Assembly: GCA_963603335.1 (NCBI GenBank)
Contig: CAVCML010000052.1
Coordinates: forward strand, 5,665-69,664
Source: Bacteroidaceae bacterium
Lineage (GTDB): Bacteria > Bacillota > Clostridia > Peptostreptococcales > Anaerovoracaceae
DNA: 64,000 nucleotides
Direction: 5' to 3'
The notes under the pieces were generated by a model that made no database searches, was not told where the DNA came from, and was given only the letters and a program-made list of their open reading frames with translations. The translations under genes and the position numbers were made by a program. Of this stretch, positions 39,570 through 48,857 are shown piece by piece (the first letter of the stretch is position 1; each line of letters begins with the position of its first letter).

Positions 39570-40766
39570 ATGACTGATTGCAAAAAACCGCTTGAGGGAT
39601 TAAAAGTATTAGATTTTACAAGAGTATATTCAGGACCGTACTGCACTATGATGCTCGGCGACCTGGGTGCCGATATCATAAAAGTAGAGCGAAAGGGTGT
39701 TGGTGATGAAACGCACTTCTTCGCGCCGATGAAAAATGATGAAAGCGGATATTTCGCTTACTTCAACAGAAATAAAAAAAGTCTGACTCTGGATCTTAAA
39801 GCTCCGGAGGCAGTGGAACTCATAAAGGATCTGGCTGAATGGGCAGATATCGTAGTAGAGAACTTCTCACCGGGAGTTGTGAATCGTCTGGGAATCGGAT
39901 ACGAGGATCTTAAAGAACGGAATCCGAAACTGATTTACGGTTCCATCTCGGGATTCGGTCAGACAGGACCGTATATGAAGAAGCCGGCTTACGATGTTGT
40001 CTGCCAGGCTATGGGCGGATTCATGTCGCTGACAGGCGAAAAGGACGGCAAGCCTTACAAAGTAGGTCCGTCGGTAGTTGACGCTCTTGCCGGAATTCAC
40101 ATGGCATTTGCCATAATGGCGGCCATCCACCACAGAGACAAGACCGGTGAAGGACAGTTCATCGATGTCGCTATGATGGACACGGCATTCTCGGTTCTGG
40201 AAAACTTTGTCGTAACAAAGACGTTGACCGGTGAAGCACCGACGAGAAACGGAAACGCCAATCTGGGATCCGCTCCGTTCAATACATTCAGAACGAAGGA
40301 CGGATATGTAGCTATCGCCTGCGCAAACAACGGCCTCTTTACAAAGCTGACAAAGGCCATCGGCAGAGAAGATCTCCTGGAAGTACCGGAGTACGCCGAA
40401 AATCATCTGAGAAAAGCTCATGAAGATACGCTGAATCCGGAAATCGAGAAATGGACTATGGAGCGTACGGCAGCAGAGGCAGTGGAAATTCTTGATGCCG
40501 CAAAGGTTCCGGTAGGTCCGATACTGGGAATCGACGATCTGGTGGAAGATCCTCAGATTAAGGCAAGAGATATGCTGGTGGATATCGATCATCCGATACT
40601 CGGCAAGGTGACATATCCGGGAAATCCGCTTAAATTCTCCGAAACTTCGGAACTGAGCTTTGAAAGAGCTCCGATGCTTGGAGAGCACAATGATTACATA
40701 CTAAAAGAAATATTGGGATTTGATGATGAAAAGATTGAGCAGTTAAAAGAGAAAGAAATCTTTTAG
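39570..40766 (+). CDS. Type III (CaiB/BaiF/Frc-family) CoA-transferase
   Basis: 398 aa. N-terminal hallmark LEGLKVLDFTRVYSGPYCTMMLGDLGADIIKVE. Confidence 0.9.
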   Translation: MTDCKKPLEGLKVLDFTRVYSGPYCTMMLGDLGADIIKVERKGVGDETHFFAPMKNDESGYFAYFNRNKKSLTLDLKAPEAVELIKDLAEWADIVVENFSPGVVNRLGIGYEDLKERNPKLIYGSISGFGQTGPYMKKPAYDVVCQAMGGFMSLTGEKDGKPYKVGPSVVDALAGIHMAFAIMAAIHHRDKTGEGQFIDVAMMDTAFSVLENFVVTKTLTGEAPTRNGNANLGSAPFNTFRTKDGYVAIACANNGLFTKLTKAIGREDLLEVPEYAENHLRKAHEDTLNPEIEKWTMERTAAEAVEILDAAKVPVGPILGIDDLVEDPQIKARDMLVDIDHPILGKVTYPGNPLKFSETSELSFERAPMLGEHNDYILKEILGFDDEKIEQLKEKEIF

Positions 40767-41167
40767 CATAAAGAACATGCTTTGAGGAGTGCTGCAAAAA
40801 ACTATTACATTTATTCACTGCGGACACTCGAGTAAGTCGTAACAGACAGGACTCCTGCAAAGCTGCGTTCGGAAAACAAATAAATTTGTCTCCATTTATC
40901 CATGTATGTCATTAATACGAAGTGCGCAGCCTGCATTTCGCAGGCTGCAGCTTCAGATGGCATATAAAGATAATTAATATAAATTATAACATTACACATA
41001 AATAACTTAGCAAATTAACTAACTTAAGAGACATTCTTAACTTAATTTAGTACTCCTTTTTTAGGTATCCGATAAATTATTTTGGAGAAGGTTCGTCGGA
41101 TATCTAAAGCAGGAGACAGAAAAGTCGTTCCTGAAATGTAACCGTCAATATAAAAGAGGAGGAGCAT

Positions 41168-41932
41168 ATGGATTTTTCGTTAAAAGAAAAGACTGCGATT
41201 GTAGTCGGAGGAAGCAAAGGTCTGGGCTTCGGTATGGCAACGGGACTTGCGAAAGCGGGAGCCAATGTTGTTCTGGTAAGCCGAAACCAGGGACAGTTAG
41301 ATGATGCAGCTGCAAAGATTTCTCAGGAAACCGGAAACGCCAACGTTGTTGGTTTTGCAACGGATATCACATCAACAGAAAACATCAACGGCCTTATTGC
41401 AAAGGTTTGTGACAAGTTCGGACAGATTGATATTCTGTTCAACGGAGCAGGCGTCAATAAGCGTTTCTCTGCTCTGGAATTCACTGAAGAAGATTGGGAC
41501 ATCGTACAGGATACGCAGCTGAAATACGTATTCTTCATGTGCCAGGCAGTAGCGAGACAGATGGTGGAAAAAGGCATCAAGGGAAAGATTATCAATATCG
41601 CTTCTCTGACAAGCGAGCTGGGACTGCCTAATATGATTTCATACTGCGCAGCTAAAGGTGCAATCGTACAGATTACAAAAGCTATGGCCAATGAATGGGC
41701 TCAGTACGGCATCAATGTAAATGCCATCGGACCGGGATACTATGAGACCGAGATGACTGCACCGCTCTTTGCAGATGAAAAACGCAGAGCAGAACTCTTT
41801 GCAAGAATCCCGCAGAAGAGATTCGGATTACCGTCCGACCTGGCAGGAGCCGCAGTATTCCTGGCTTCAGAAGCATCGGACTATGTAACGGGACAGGTGT
41901 TATATGTAGACGGAGGATTCCTCTGTTGTTAA
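41168..41932 (+). CDS. Short-chain dehydrogenase/reductase (KduD/gluconate-5-dehydrogenase-like)
   Basis: Cofactor motif VVGGSKGLGFG, plus NGAG and the catalytic YCAAK. Confidence 0.85.
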   Translation: MDFSLKEKTAIVVGGSKGLGFGMATGLAKAGANVVLVSRNQGQLDDAAAKISQETGNANVVGFATDITSTENINGLIAKVCDKFGQIDILFNGAGVNKRFSALEFTEEDWDIVQDTQLKYVFFMCQAVARQMVEKGIKGKIINIASLTSELGLPNMISYCAAKGAIVQITKAMANEWAQYGINVNAIGPGYYETEMTAPLFADEKRRAELFARIPQKRFGLPSDLAGAAVFLASEASDYVTGQVLYVDGGFLCC

Positions 41933-41985
41933 TCCATACAAACAATATATTTAATCGCTTTTAGCAAAAAAGGAGAGTAAACAAA

Positions 41986-43422
41986 ATGATGAATGGAAAT
42001 GAGTACAAGGAAAGTTTAAGAAAAATCCACCCGACGATTTATTACATGGGTGAAAAGATTGACTGCGTGGTAGATCATCCGATGATTAAGCCGCACGTAA
42101 ATTCTGCAGCAATGACATATGATCTGGCTTGCGATCCGATGTATGAGAACCTGATGACAGCAACTTCTCATCTGACAGGCAAGAAGGTAAACCGTTTTAC
42201 GCATATTCACCAGAGCATTGAAGATCTGGTAAACAAAGTAAAGATGATGAGAATGATTGCACAGAAGACAGGTACATGCTTCCAGAGATGCGTAGGCTTC
42301 GATGCAATGAACGCAACTTTCATCACTACTTATAACATGGACAAGAAGTACGGCACAAACTACCACGAAAGATTCAAGAAGTGGATGACATACGTACAGG
42401 AAAACGATCTCATGATCGCAGGTGCTATGACTGACGTTAAGGGCAACAGAAGCCTGAAGCCTTCCAAGCAGGCAGATCCTGACCTCTTCACTCACGTTGT
42501 TGAAAAGAGAGAAGACGGTGTTGTAATCTGTGGTGCAAAGGCTCACATGACAGGTATGGCAAACTCCCACGAAATGCTGATTCTGCCGACAACAAATCTG
42601 TTGGAAGATGACACGGATTACGCTATCGCATGTGCGGTTCCTGTAGATGCAGAAGGTATCACTCACATCTTCGGAAGACAGACAAACGATCAGAGAAGAC
42701 TGCAGGGCGACCTGGATACAGGTAACTCCGAATATGCTATCGTAGGCGGCGAAACACTGACGGTTCTGGATCACGTATTCGTTCCTTGGGACAGAGTATT
42801 CATGTGCGGAGAAGTTGATTTCGCTCAGGACTATGTAGCAAGATTTGCAGCATATCACAGACAGAACTACGGCGGATGCAAGGTTGGTAACTCCGATGTT
42901 CTTATCGGCGCTACTTCCATGATCGCTAAGATGAACGGAACCAGAAAGAACAGCCTGATTAAGGATAAGCTTACAGAAATGATTCATCTGGCAGAAACAA
43001 TGTACTGCTGCTCCCTGGCTTGCTCTTATGAAGGTGTTAAAGAAGAAGCCGGAAGCTATTATGTAAATACATTACTGGCTAACGAAGTTAAGCTCAACTG
43101 CACCAGAAACATGTATGAGATTTCCAGACTGGCTCACGATATCGCAGGCGGATTTATCGCAACGCTGCCTCACGAGTGGGATCTGAACAATCCGGAAACA
43201 GGCAAGTGGATTGAGAAGTTCTTCGTAGGAAATGAAGAGTACACGGCAAGAGACAGAATCAAGATCGCAAGACTTCTTGAAAACATGTCCGGCGGTACTG
43301 CTCTGGCAGAGTCCATGCACGGCGCAGGTTCCCCGCAGGCTATGAAGGTAATGATTCTGAGAGAATCCAACGTAGAACAGAAAGAACAGTTCGCAATGGA
43401 TCTGGCACACGTGAAATTATAA
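41986..43422 (+). CDS. abfD: 4-hydroxybutyryl-CoA dehydratase / vinylacetyl-CoA isomerase (AbfD)-type FAD/[4Fe-4S] enzyme
   Basis: 478 aa. It is collinear with C. aminobutyricum AbfD as I recall it. All four cluster ligands are conserved: CFQRC (C98, C102; nt 42277-42291) and YHRQNYGGC (H291, C298; nt 42856-42879). Confidence 0.85.
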   Translation: MMNGNEYKESLRKIHPTIYYMGEKIDCVVDHPMIKPHVNSAAMTYDLACDPMYENLMTATSHLTGKKVNRFTHIHQSIEDLVNKVKMMRMIAQKTGTCFQRCVGFDAMNATFITTYNMDKKYGTNYHERFKKWMTYVQENDLMIAGAMTDVKGNRSLKPSKQADPDLFTHVVEKREDGVVICGAKAHMTGMANSHEMLILPTTNLLEDDTDYAIACAVPVDAEGITHIFGRQTNDQRRLQGDLDTGNSEYAIVGGETLTVLDHVFVPWDRVFMCGEVDFAQDYVARFAAYHRQNYGGCKVGNSDVLIGATSMIAKMNGTRKNSLIKDKLTEMIHLAETMYCCSLACSYEGVKEEAGSYYVNTLLANEVKLNCTRNMYEISRLAHDIAGGFIATLPHEWDLNNPETGKWIEKFFVGNEEYTARDRIKIARLLENMSGGTALAESMHGAGSPQAMKVMILRESNVEQKEQFAMDLAHVKL

Positions 43423-43560
43423 TTTCAATCACAGCATCGCGCCGGATTAACCAACCGGCGTGATGATCTGATATATTTAAAGTTTAGCAAACGCGGGTGT
43501 AAAAAATGATTTTAGAGAAAGTCTGCTAATTGGAACGCAGCACAGAATGGAGGAAGAACA

Positions 43561-44742
43561 ATGAATGAAGTTGTAATAGTAGAGGGGGTCAGAACCGCTA
43601 CCGGCGTGTTCGGAGGCTCATTAAGTAAAATTCCGGCACCGGTACATGGCGCAGAATGTGTAAAAGCGCTGGTTGAAAGAACAGGAATAAAGCCTGAGGA
43701 TATCGATGAACTGATTATCGGAACTCACTTCCAGGCAGGAACAAAAGCTAACCCGGCTCGTCAGTGCGGTATCTATGCAGGTCTGCCGGATACGATCCCG
43801 GCATTCACACCGAACAAGAACTGTGCAACAGCCATGAAGGCAATGCAGTGCGCAGCACAGTCCATTCAGGTTGGTGACAATGAAGTAGTAATCGCAGGCG
43901 GCTGCGAGACTATGAGTGCAATCCCTTACATCCTGCCGAAGGCAAGATTCGGATACAGAATGGGACCGGGAAAAATCGAAGACAGCATGCTTCATGACGG
44001 ACTCGTTGACCCGTTCATGAACTACCACATGGGTATTACAGCAGAAAACGTAGCAGAAAAATGCGGCATCACCAGAGAAATGCAGGACAGATTTGCTGTA
44101 AACAGCCATAACAAAGCGGAAAAAGCATGGGCTGAGGGGAAATATGACAATGATATCGTGCCTATTACAACGAAGGTAAAGGGACAGGAAGTCGTATTTG
44201 ACCACGATGAAACATATAGAAAAGACGCAAAGTATGAGAACTTTGCAAAACTGAAGCCTATCTTCAAAGAAGGCGGAACAGTAACAGCAGGAAATGCTTC
44301 CCCGATCAATGACGGATCGTGCGTGCTGCTGATGATGTCGGCAGAAAAGGCAAAGGCGCTTGGTTACAAGCCGATCGCTAAGTACATTGCAGCAACGTCA
44401 ACAGCTCTCAGTCCATCTATCATGGGATACGCACCGGTAAGCGCTGTTGAAAAACTGGAAAAGAAGACAGGAATCAGCCGTTACGATGTAGGTCTTTATG
44501 AACTGAACGAAGCGTTTGCAGCTCAGGCAGCAGCATGCGTACAGGATCTGAAGCTGGATCCGGAAATCGTAAACGTAAACGGCGGCGCAGTAGCTTTGGG
44601 ACACGCTGTAGGATGTACCGGAGCAAGAATCAGCTTGACTCTGATGCGTGAAATGCAGAGAAGAAAGGTTCAGTACGGAATCGCTTCACTGTGCATCGGC
44701 GGCGGACAGGCTATGGCAATGATGTTTGAACTGTGCGAATAA
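43561..44742 (+). CDS. Acetyl-CoA acetyltransferase (thiolase II)
   Basis: 393 aa. Active-site contexts NKNCATAMKA, GNASPINDG, NGGAVALGHAVGCTG and CIGGGQ. Confidence 0.9.
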   Translation: MNEVVIVEGVRTATGVFGGSLSKIPAPVHGAECVKALVERTGIKPEDIDELIIGTHFQAGTKANPARQCGIYAGLPDTIPAFTPNKNCATAMKAMQCAAQSIQVGDNEVVIAGGCETMSAIPYILPKARFGYRMGPGKIEDSMLHDGLVDPFMNYHMGITAENVAEKCGITREMQDRFAVNSHNKAEKAWAEGKYDNDIVPITTKVKGQEVVFDHDETYRKDAKYENFAKLKPIFKEGGTVTAGNASPINDGSCVLLMMSAEKAKALGYKPIAKYIAATSTALSPSIMGYAPVSAVEKLEKKTGISRYDVGLYELNEAFAAQAAACVQDLKLDPEIVNVNGGAVALGHAVGCTGARISLTLMREMQRRKVQYGIASLCIGGGQAMAMMFELCE

Positions 44743-44760
44743 TAATTTGGAGGAATCAGG

Positions 44761-45615
44761 ATGACTGTTAAAAAATTATATGTCGTAGGTTCCGGAGCAA
44801 TGGGCTCCGGAATCGCACAGACAGCGGCAACTCATGGTATTCAGGTTACTATGAATGACATAAATGAAGAATTTGTTGCAAAAGGTTACAACAAAATCAA
44901 GAAGAGCCTGGAAAAGGCTGTTACAAAGGGCAGAATGACAGAAGAAGCTAAAGAGGAAGCACTTGCAAACTTGACAACTACAGTCTCGCTGGAAGATGCA
45001 AAGGATGCTGATTTTGTTATCGAAGCTGCATCGGAAAACAAGGAAATAAAGCTGGGAATCTTCAAGCAGTTAGATAAAATCTGTAAGCCTGAAGCAATCC
45101 TTGCTTCCAACACATCTTCTCTGCCGATTACAGAAATCGCAGCAGCAACCGAAAGACCGGATCAGGTAATCGGAACTCACTTCTTCAACCCGGTACCGGC
45201 TATGAAGCTGCTGGAGATCGTAATGGGACTTCAGACATCCGAGACAACTTATCAGGCAGCGCTGGCTCTGGGAGAGCAGCTGGAAAAAGTGCCTGTAAAG
45301 GCAATGGACAAAGGCGGTTTCATTGTAAACAGACTGGTTGACCCGTTCATCAATGAAGCGGTATTCATGCTTGAAGAAGGCGTTGGTACTGCAGAAGATA
45401 TCGACAACGGCTGTAAGTTCGGACTCAACCACCCGATGGGTCCTCTTGCATTAGGCGATATGATCGGTTGGGATGTTATGCTGGCGGTTATGGACGTACT
45501 GTATTATGAATACGGTGATCCTAAGTACAGACCGGCACCGCTGATGAGAAGAATGGTAAGAGCTGGACATCTCGGTGTTAAAACCGGTAAAGGTGTTTAT
45601 GATTATTCGAAATAA
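44761..45615 (+). CDS. hbd: 3-hydroxybutyryl-CoA dehydrogenase
   Basis: [13 protein letters not shown] Rossmann motif, NTSSLPITE, and GFIVNRL. Confidence 0.9.
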   Translation: MTVKKLYVVGSGAMGSGIAQTAATHGIQVTMNDINEEFVAKGYNKIKKSLEKAVTKGRMTEEAKEEALANLTTTVSLEDAKDADFVIEAASENKEIKLGIFKQLDKICKPEAILASNTSSLPITEIAAATERPDQVIGTHFFNPVPAMKLLEIVMGLQTSETTYQAALALGEQLEKVPVKAMDKGGFIVNRLVDPFINEAVFMLEEGVGTAEDIDNGCKFGLNHPMGPLALGDMIGWDVMLAVMDVLYYEYGDPKYRPAPLMRRMVRAGHLGVKTGKGVYDYSK

Positions 45616-45626
45616 TGAGGTGTGTT

Positions 45627-46406
45627 ATGGAATATAAGAACATTATTTTTGAAAAGAAAGACGGTATCGGCTACGTTACAATGAATCGTCCTAAAGCTCT
45701 GAATGCTTTGAATACAGACGTTTTGACAGAACTGGATGATGTGTTCCGTGCAATTGATAAAGACGATGAAGTTCAGGTTGCAATTGTAACCGGAGAGGGA
45801 AGATCTTTCATCGCAGGTGCTGATATTGCACAGATGAGCGACCTGAACGGCACAGAGGGCCGCGACATGACAATCCAGGGTCAGCTGGTAATGGAACTTA
45901 TCGAAACTATCAACAAGCCTGTTATCGCTGCGGTAAACGGATTCGCTCTTGGCGGCGGAAATGAACTGGCTATGGCATGCGACATCAGAATTGCTTCCGA
46001 AAAAGCTAAATTCGGTCAGCCGGAAGTAAACCTGGGAATTATTCCGGGATACGGCGGAACACAGAGACTGCCGCGCCTTGTCGGAAAAGGTATGGCAAAG
46101 AAGCTGATCTACAGTGCAGAGATGATTGATGCACAGGAAGCTTACCGCATCGGTCTGGTGCAGGAAGTTGTACCGGCAGAAGAGCTTATGGAAGCTGCTG
46201 AAAAGCTGGCAAAGACTATCATGAGCAAGGCTCCGATTGCTATCAAGATGGCAAAGGTTGCTATCAATAACGGACTGAGCACAGATCTGAAGACAGGCGT
46301 ACAGTTCGAAGCGGAAGCTTATACGAGCACATTCGTATCCGAAGACAGAGTAGAAGGTATGAAGGCGTTTGTAGAAAAGCGTCCGGCTGAATTTAAAAAT
46401 AAATAA
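45627..46406 (+). CDS. crt: Enoyl-CoA hydratase (crotonase)
   Basis: YVTMNRPKALNAL, FIAGADI and GGGNELAMACDIRIA motifs. The ATG follows GAGGTG. Confidence 0.85.
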   Translation: MEYKNIIFEKKDGIGYVTMNRPKALNALNTDVLTELDDVFRAIDKDDEVQVAIVTGEGRSFIAGADIAQMSDLNGTEGRDMTIQGQLVMELIETINKPVIAAVNGFALGGGNELAMACDIRIASEKAKFGQPEVNLGIIPGYGGTQRLPRLVGKGMAKKLIYSAEMIDAQEAYRIGLVQEVVPAEELMEAAEKLAKTIMSKAPIAIKMAKVAINNGLSTDLKTGVQFEAEAYTSTFVSEDRVEGMKAFVEKRPAEFKNK

Positions 46407-46473
46407 ACGAGAACGCTACAGCGGAAAGAGATACTCTTTTTCCGAAAAATAATTTTGAACCTTTCCTTAAAGT

Positions 46474-46510
46474 AAAAGATGCCGGTCTGTTAAAGAACTC
46501 GGCATCTTTT
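46474..46510. terminator. Bidirectional terminator between crt and the sigma54 activator gene
   Basis: Stem AAAAGATGCCG / CGGCATCTTTT, flanked by A- and T-runs. Confidence 0.7.
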
Positions 46511-46532
46511 ATTTATAGAAACAAATGCAGTT

Positions 46533-48347
46533 TTACTCTATTCCATCGGGGAACAGCTCTTTATATTTTCGAAAGAATGTCGGTTGGCTCATGTCAAGCA
46601 ATGCAGCAGCTTTATAGGTGGAGCCGCCCTGCCTCATGGCACGTTGAATTAATTCTTTTTCCATGTTTTTCTTGGCTTCGGCATAGGTCGGCAAGGTATC
46701 GGATGCTAAAATATTCGATGTTTTCATTTCTGAATTATGAAATTCCTGCTTCACTGTAAATTCCGGTGCAAACGGGGCATCGAGAATATTGTCATCGGCA
46801 AAAACGAATTGTTTTTCAATGAAATTTTTTAATTCGCGAATGTTTCCCGGCCAGTCATGGTGCTGCAGATGCTGGATGAAATGCGGGGTCATGATTTTGT
46901 GTGCGCCGTATTTCCGGTTCAGATCCTGCAGCGATTTTTCTGCCAGATCGGGTATATCGTCCCTGCGGTCGCGCAGCGGCGGGATGTTGATGGACACCAC
47001 ATTGAGGCGGTAATATAAATCGCTTCGGAAGGTTCCTTCCTCAATCATTTCTTTCAGATTTCGGTTGGTGGCGGCGACGATGCGAACGTCGACTTTTTTG
47101 CTCTTCTGTCCGCCGACCCGGGTAACTTCTCGATCCTGCAGAACCCGCAGGAGGGCCGACTGGAGGTTGATAGGCAGCTCACCGATTTCATCCAGGAAGA
47201 GCGTGCCTGTATCGGCCAGTTCGAACATGCCGGGCTTTCCCTTGGCACTGGCTCCGGTAAAAGCTCCGGGAACGTAACCGAAGAGCTCTGATTCCAGCAG
47301 GTTTTGAGGAATTGCACCGCAGTTGATTTTGATATACGGTTTGCCGTCGCGCATGCTGTGTTTATGAATGTACTGAGCAACGACCTCTTTACCGACGCCG
47401 GTCTCTCCCAAAATCAATACGGTTGAATCCATGCGTGAAATTTTTTCCGCCATTGCAAGTACAGCGGAGAATTCATTGCTGCTGCAGACGATGTTTTCAT
47501 GTGAAGATTCCTGCATAAGCTGGCTTTTATATAAATCCGCACGATCCGTTTCAACCTGAAGTTTTTTGTTCAGGCTGATAATCTCGGTGATATCGCGAAC
47601 GTTGGTGATTACATTGCGGACATTTCCGTTGTTGTCAAATACAGGGCTTCCGGTGATGAATACCTCTTTGTTGTTTGAATTCGTCTGTGTGCGGGTTATT
47701 ACCTCCTTGCGTTTAACGACATCGTGCGTAATGCTTGTAGAGAGTATGCCTCGTGCGATAAGATCGTCCATATACTCACCGACAAGTTTTGTGCGGGGTA
47801 TACCGGAAATTCGTTCGTATGCTTTGTTGACAAGGATTGTTTTGCCGGTGTAATCTGTGATATAGATGCCGTCATAAGAATTGTCAAGGATATCGCCGAG
47901 CAGATGTGCGTTTCTGAGATTTCTGTTGGTGCGCTCATCGTATATGTTTGCGTCGGTCAATTCGCAGAGATGGCTTACGACGGCGAGAATTTCATTATCG
48001 TGAACGAGAGGAATTCGTTCTGAATATACTTTTTTGTTTTTAAGCGTAAATTCCTTCGGAAGCGATGCAAGGTCGCCCGCTTTTGAGAAAGTGAAAGGGC
48101 ACAAAGGGAGCGTATTGTTTAAGTCATGATCAATCATCGATGATTCAGAGACCTCAAAAAGCGCAGCAGCCAGATAGTTTGCCATAACAATTCTGTTGTT
48201 GGAATCGATAGCGATGACAGCCATATTGGAAGCTTCAATGTATGAATCGGTAAAATCATTTATGATTTCAGGAAGCTCGGGACAGCTGCCTTTGTAATTT
48301 GGAAAAAACAGATTTAAGTACTCTGTAATGAATGTTTGTGAAATCAT
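46533..48347 (-). CDS. Sigma54-dependent transcriptional activator (PAS sensor domains, AAA+ domain, Fis-type HTH)
   Basis: Walker A GETGVGKE, the sigma54-contact loop GAFTGA (in YVPGAFTGAS), RVGG, and the C-terminal HTH YKAAALLDMSQPTFFRKYKEL. I chose the ATG at 48347, after GAGGTGG. Confidence 0.9.
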   Translation of the reverse strand: MISQTFITEYLNLFFPNYKGSCPELPEIINDFTDSYIEASNMAVIAIDSNNRIVMANYLAAALFEVSESSMIDHDLNNTLPLCPFTFSKAGDLASLPKEFTLKNKKVYSERIPLVHDNEILAVVSHLCELTDANIYDERTNRNLRNAHLLGDILDNSYDGIYITDYTGKTILVNKAYERISGIPRTKLVGEYMDDLIARGILSTSITHDVVKRKEVITRTQTNSNNKEVFITGSPVFDNNGNVRNVITNVRDITEIISLNKKLQVETDRADLYKSQLMQESSHENIVCSSNEFSAVLAMAEKISRMDSTVLILGETGVGKEVVAQYIHKHSMRDGKPYIKINCGAIPQNLLESELFGYVPGAFTGASAKGKPGMFELADTGTLFLDEIGELPINLQSALLRVLQDREVTRVGGQKSKKVDVRIVAATNRNLKEMIEEGTFRSDLYYRLNVVSINIPPLRDRRDDIPDLAEKSLQDLNRKYGAHKIMTPHFIQHLQHHDWPGNIRELKNFIEKQFVFADDNILDAPFAPEFTVKQEFHNSEMKTSNILASDTLPTYAEAKKNMEKELIQRAMRQGGSTYKAAALLDMSQPTFFRKYKELFPDGIE

Positions 48348-48365
48348 ATAAACCACCTCGTTTCA

Positions 48366-48374
48366 TGGTATAAT
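48366..48374 (+). promoter_or_regulatory. Possible extended -10 promoter for the small CGGC ORF
   Basis: TGGTATAAT (TGnTATAAT), 47 nt upstream of the ATG at 48421. Confidence 0.35.
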
Positions 48375-48420
48375 ATTGTATATGATTTAACAATTATATC
48401 ACAAATAGAGGAATGCGGAC

Positions 48421-48699
48421 ATGAATAATAAATATAGTATCGGAATATTGTTTTGCGGCGGATGCAATTGCTACTATGACAGAGAAAAATTTTACAGGGA
48501 ATTACAGGAAAATATGAAAGACGATTGTGTGTTCTCATATTACAGGGAGGAGTGTGAATACGATCTCGTTCTCATGATCAACGGATGCCAGTCGGAGTGT
48601 CTGATAGGACATGAATACGGTGCGGACAAACTTCTGATCAATAATAAAAATTATGAAAATGCGGAAAAGCTTATACGGGACGCACTTAAATATTCATAG
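48421..48699 (+). CDS. Small Cys-rich protein (92 aa) with a CGGC motif
   Basis: GILFCGGCNCYYD and NGCQSECL cysteine clusters. RBS GAGGAA is present. Function is unknown. Confidence 0.4.
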   Translation: MNNKYSIGILFCGGCNCYYDREKFYRELQENMKDDCVFSYYREECEYDLVLMINGCQSECLIGHEYGADKLLINNKNYENAEKLIRDALKYS

Positions 48700-48854
48700 A
48701 TGAATACAAAACGGATTCAAAAGTGAATCAGGATTCGTTATTGAATTTTGAATAAATGAAAATTTCAGAAAGAATAAATGCCCAAATGAAACCCGTTGAA
48801 ATCAGACGGTTTCAGCGCCTATTCATTTTGAAATAAATAAATTGAATAATGAAT
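48691..48854. promoter_or_regulatory. Candidate enhancer (UAS) boxes for the sigma54 activator, operon 2
   Basis: Perfect palindromes TATTCA-TAGA-TGAATA (48691-48706) and GATTCA-AAAG-TGAATC (48714-48729). Degenerate copies lie at 48740-48753, 48821-48834 and 48841-48854. Confidence 0.55.
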
Positions 48855-48857
48855 AAT

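Noticed and set aside
39867-40688. 273-aa ORF antisense to the first type III CoA-transferase gene
   Set aside because: It is a shadow ORF within a well-supported gene, with no motif and no RBS. Other long antisense ORFs were rejected for the same reason: 10225-10905, 17936-18346, 24675-25445, 34092-34712, 38174-38788, 52027-52680 and 53641-54276.
40958-40973. TGGCAT-N5 element as a third sigma54 promoter ahead of the SDR gene
   Set aside because: The -12 position reads GATAA and not TTGC, so only the -24 half matches weakly.
42016-42987. 323-aa ORF antisense to the AbfD-like gene
   Set aside because: It lies entirely inside, and opposite to, a gene with strong family motifs. Its translation is low-complexity and Cys/His/Val-rich with no recognisable motif or RBS. 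This is a typical shadow ORF.
43423-43560. Hairpin ATCGCGCCGG...CCGGCGTGAT between abfD and the thiolase gene as a terminator
   Set aside because: No T-run follows it, and the downstream genes have no obvious promoter. It is more likely a stabilising or processing stem within the polycistronic mRNA. I did not report it as a terminator.
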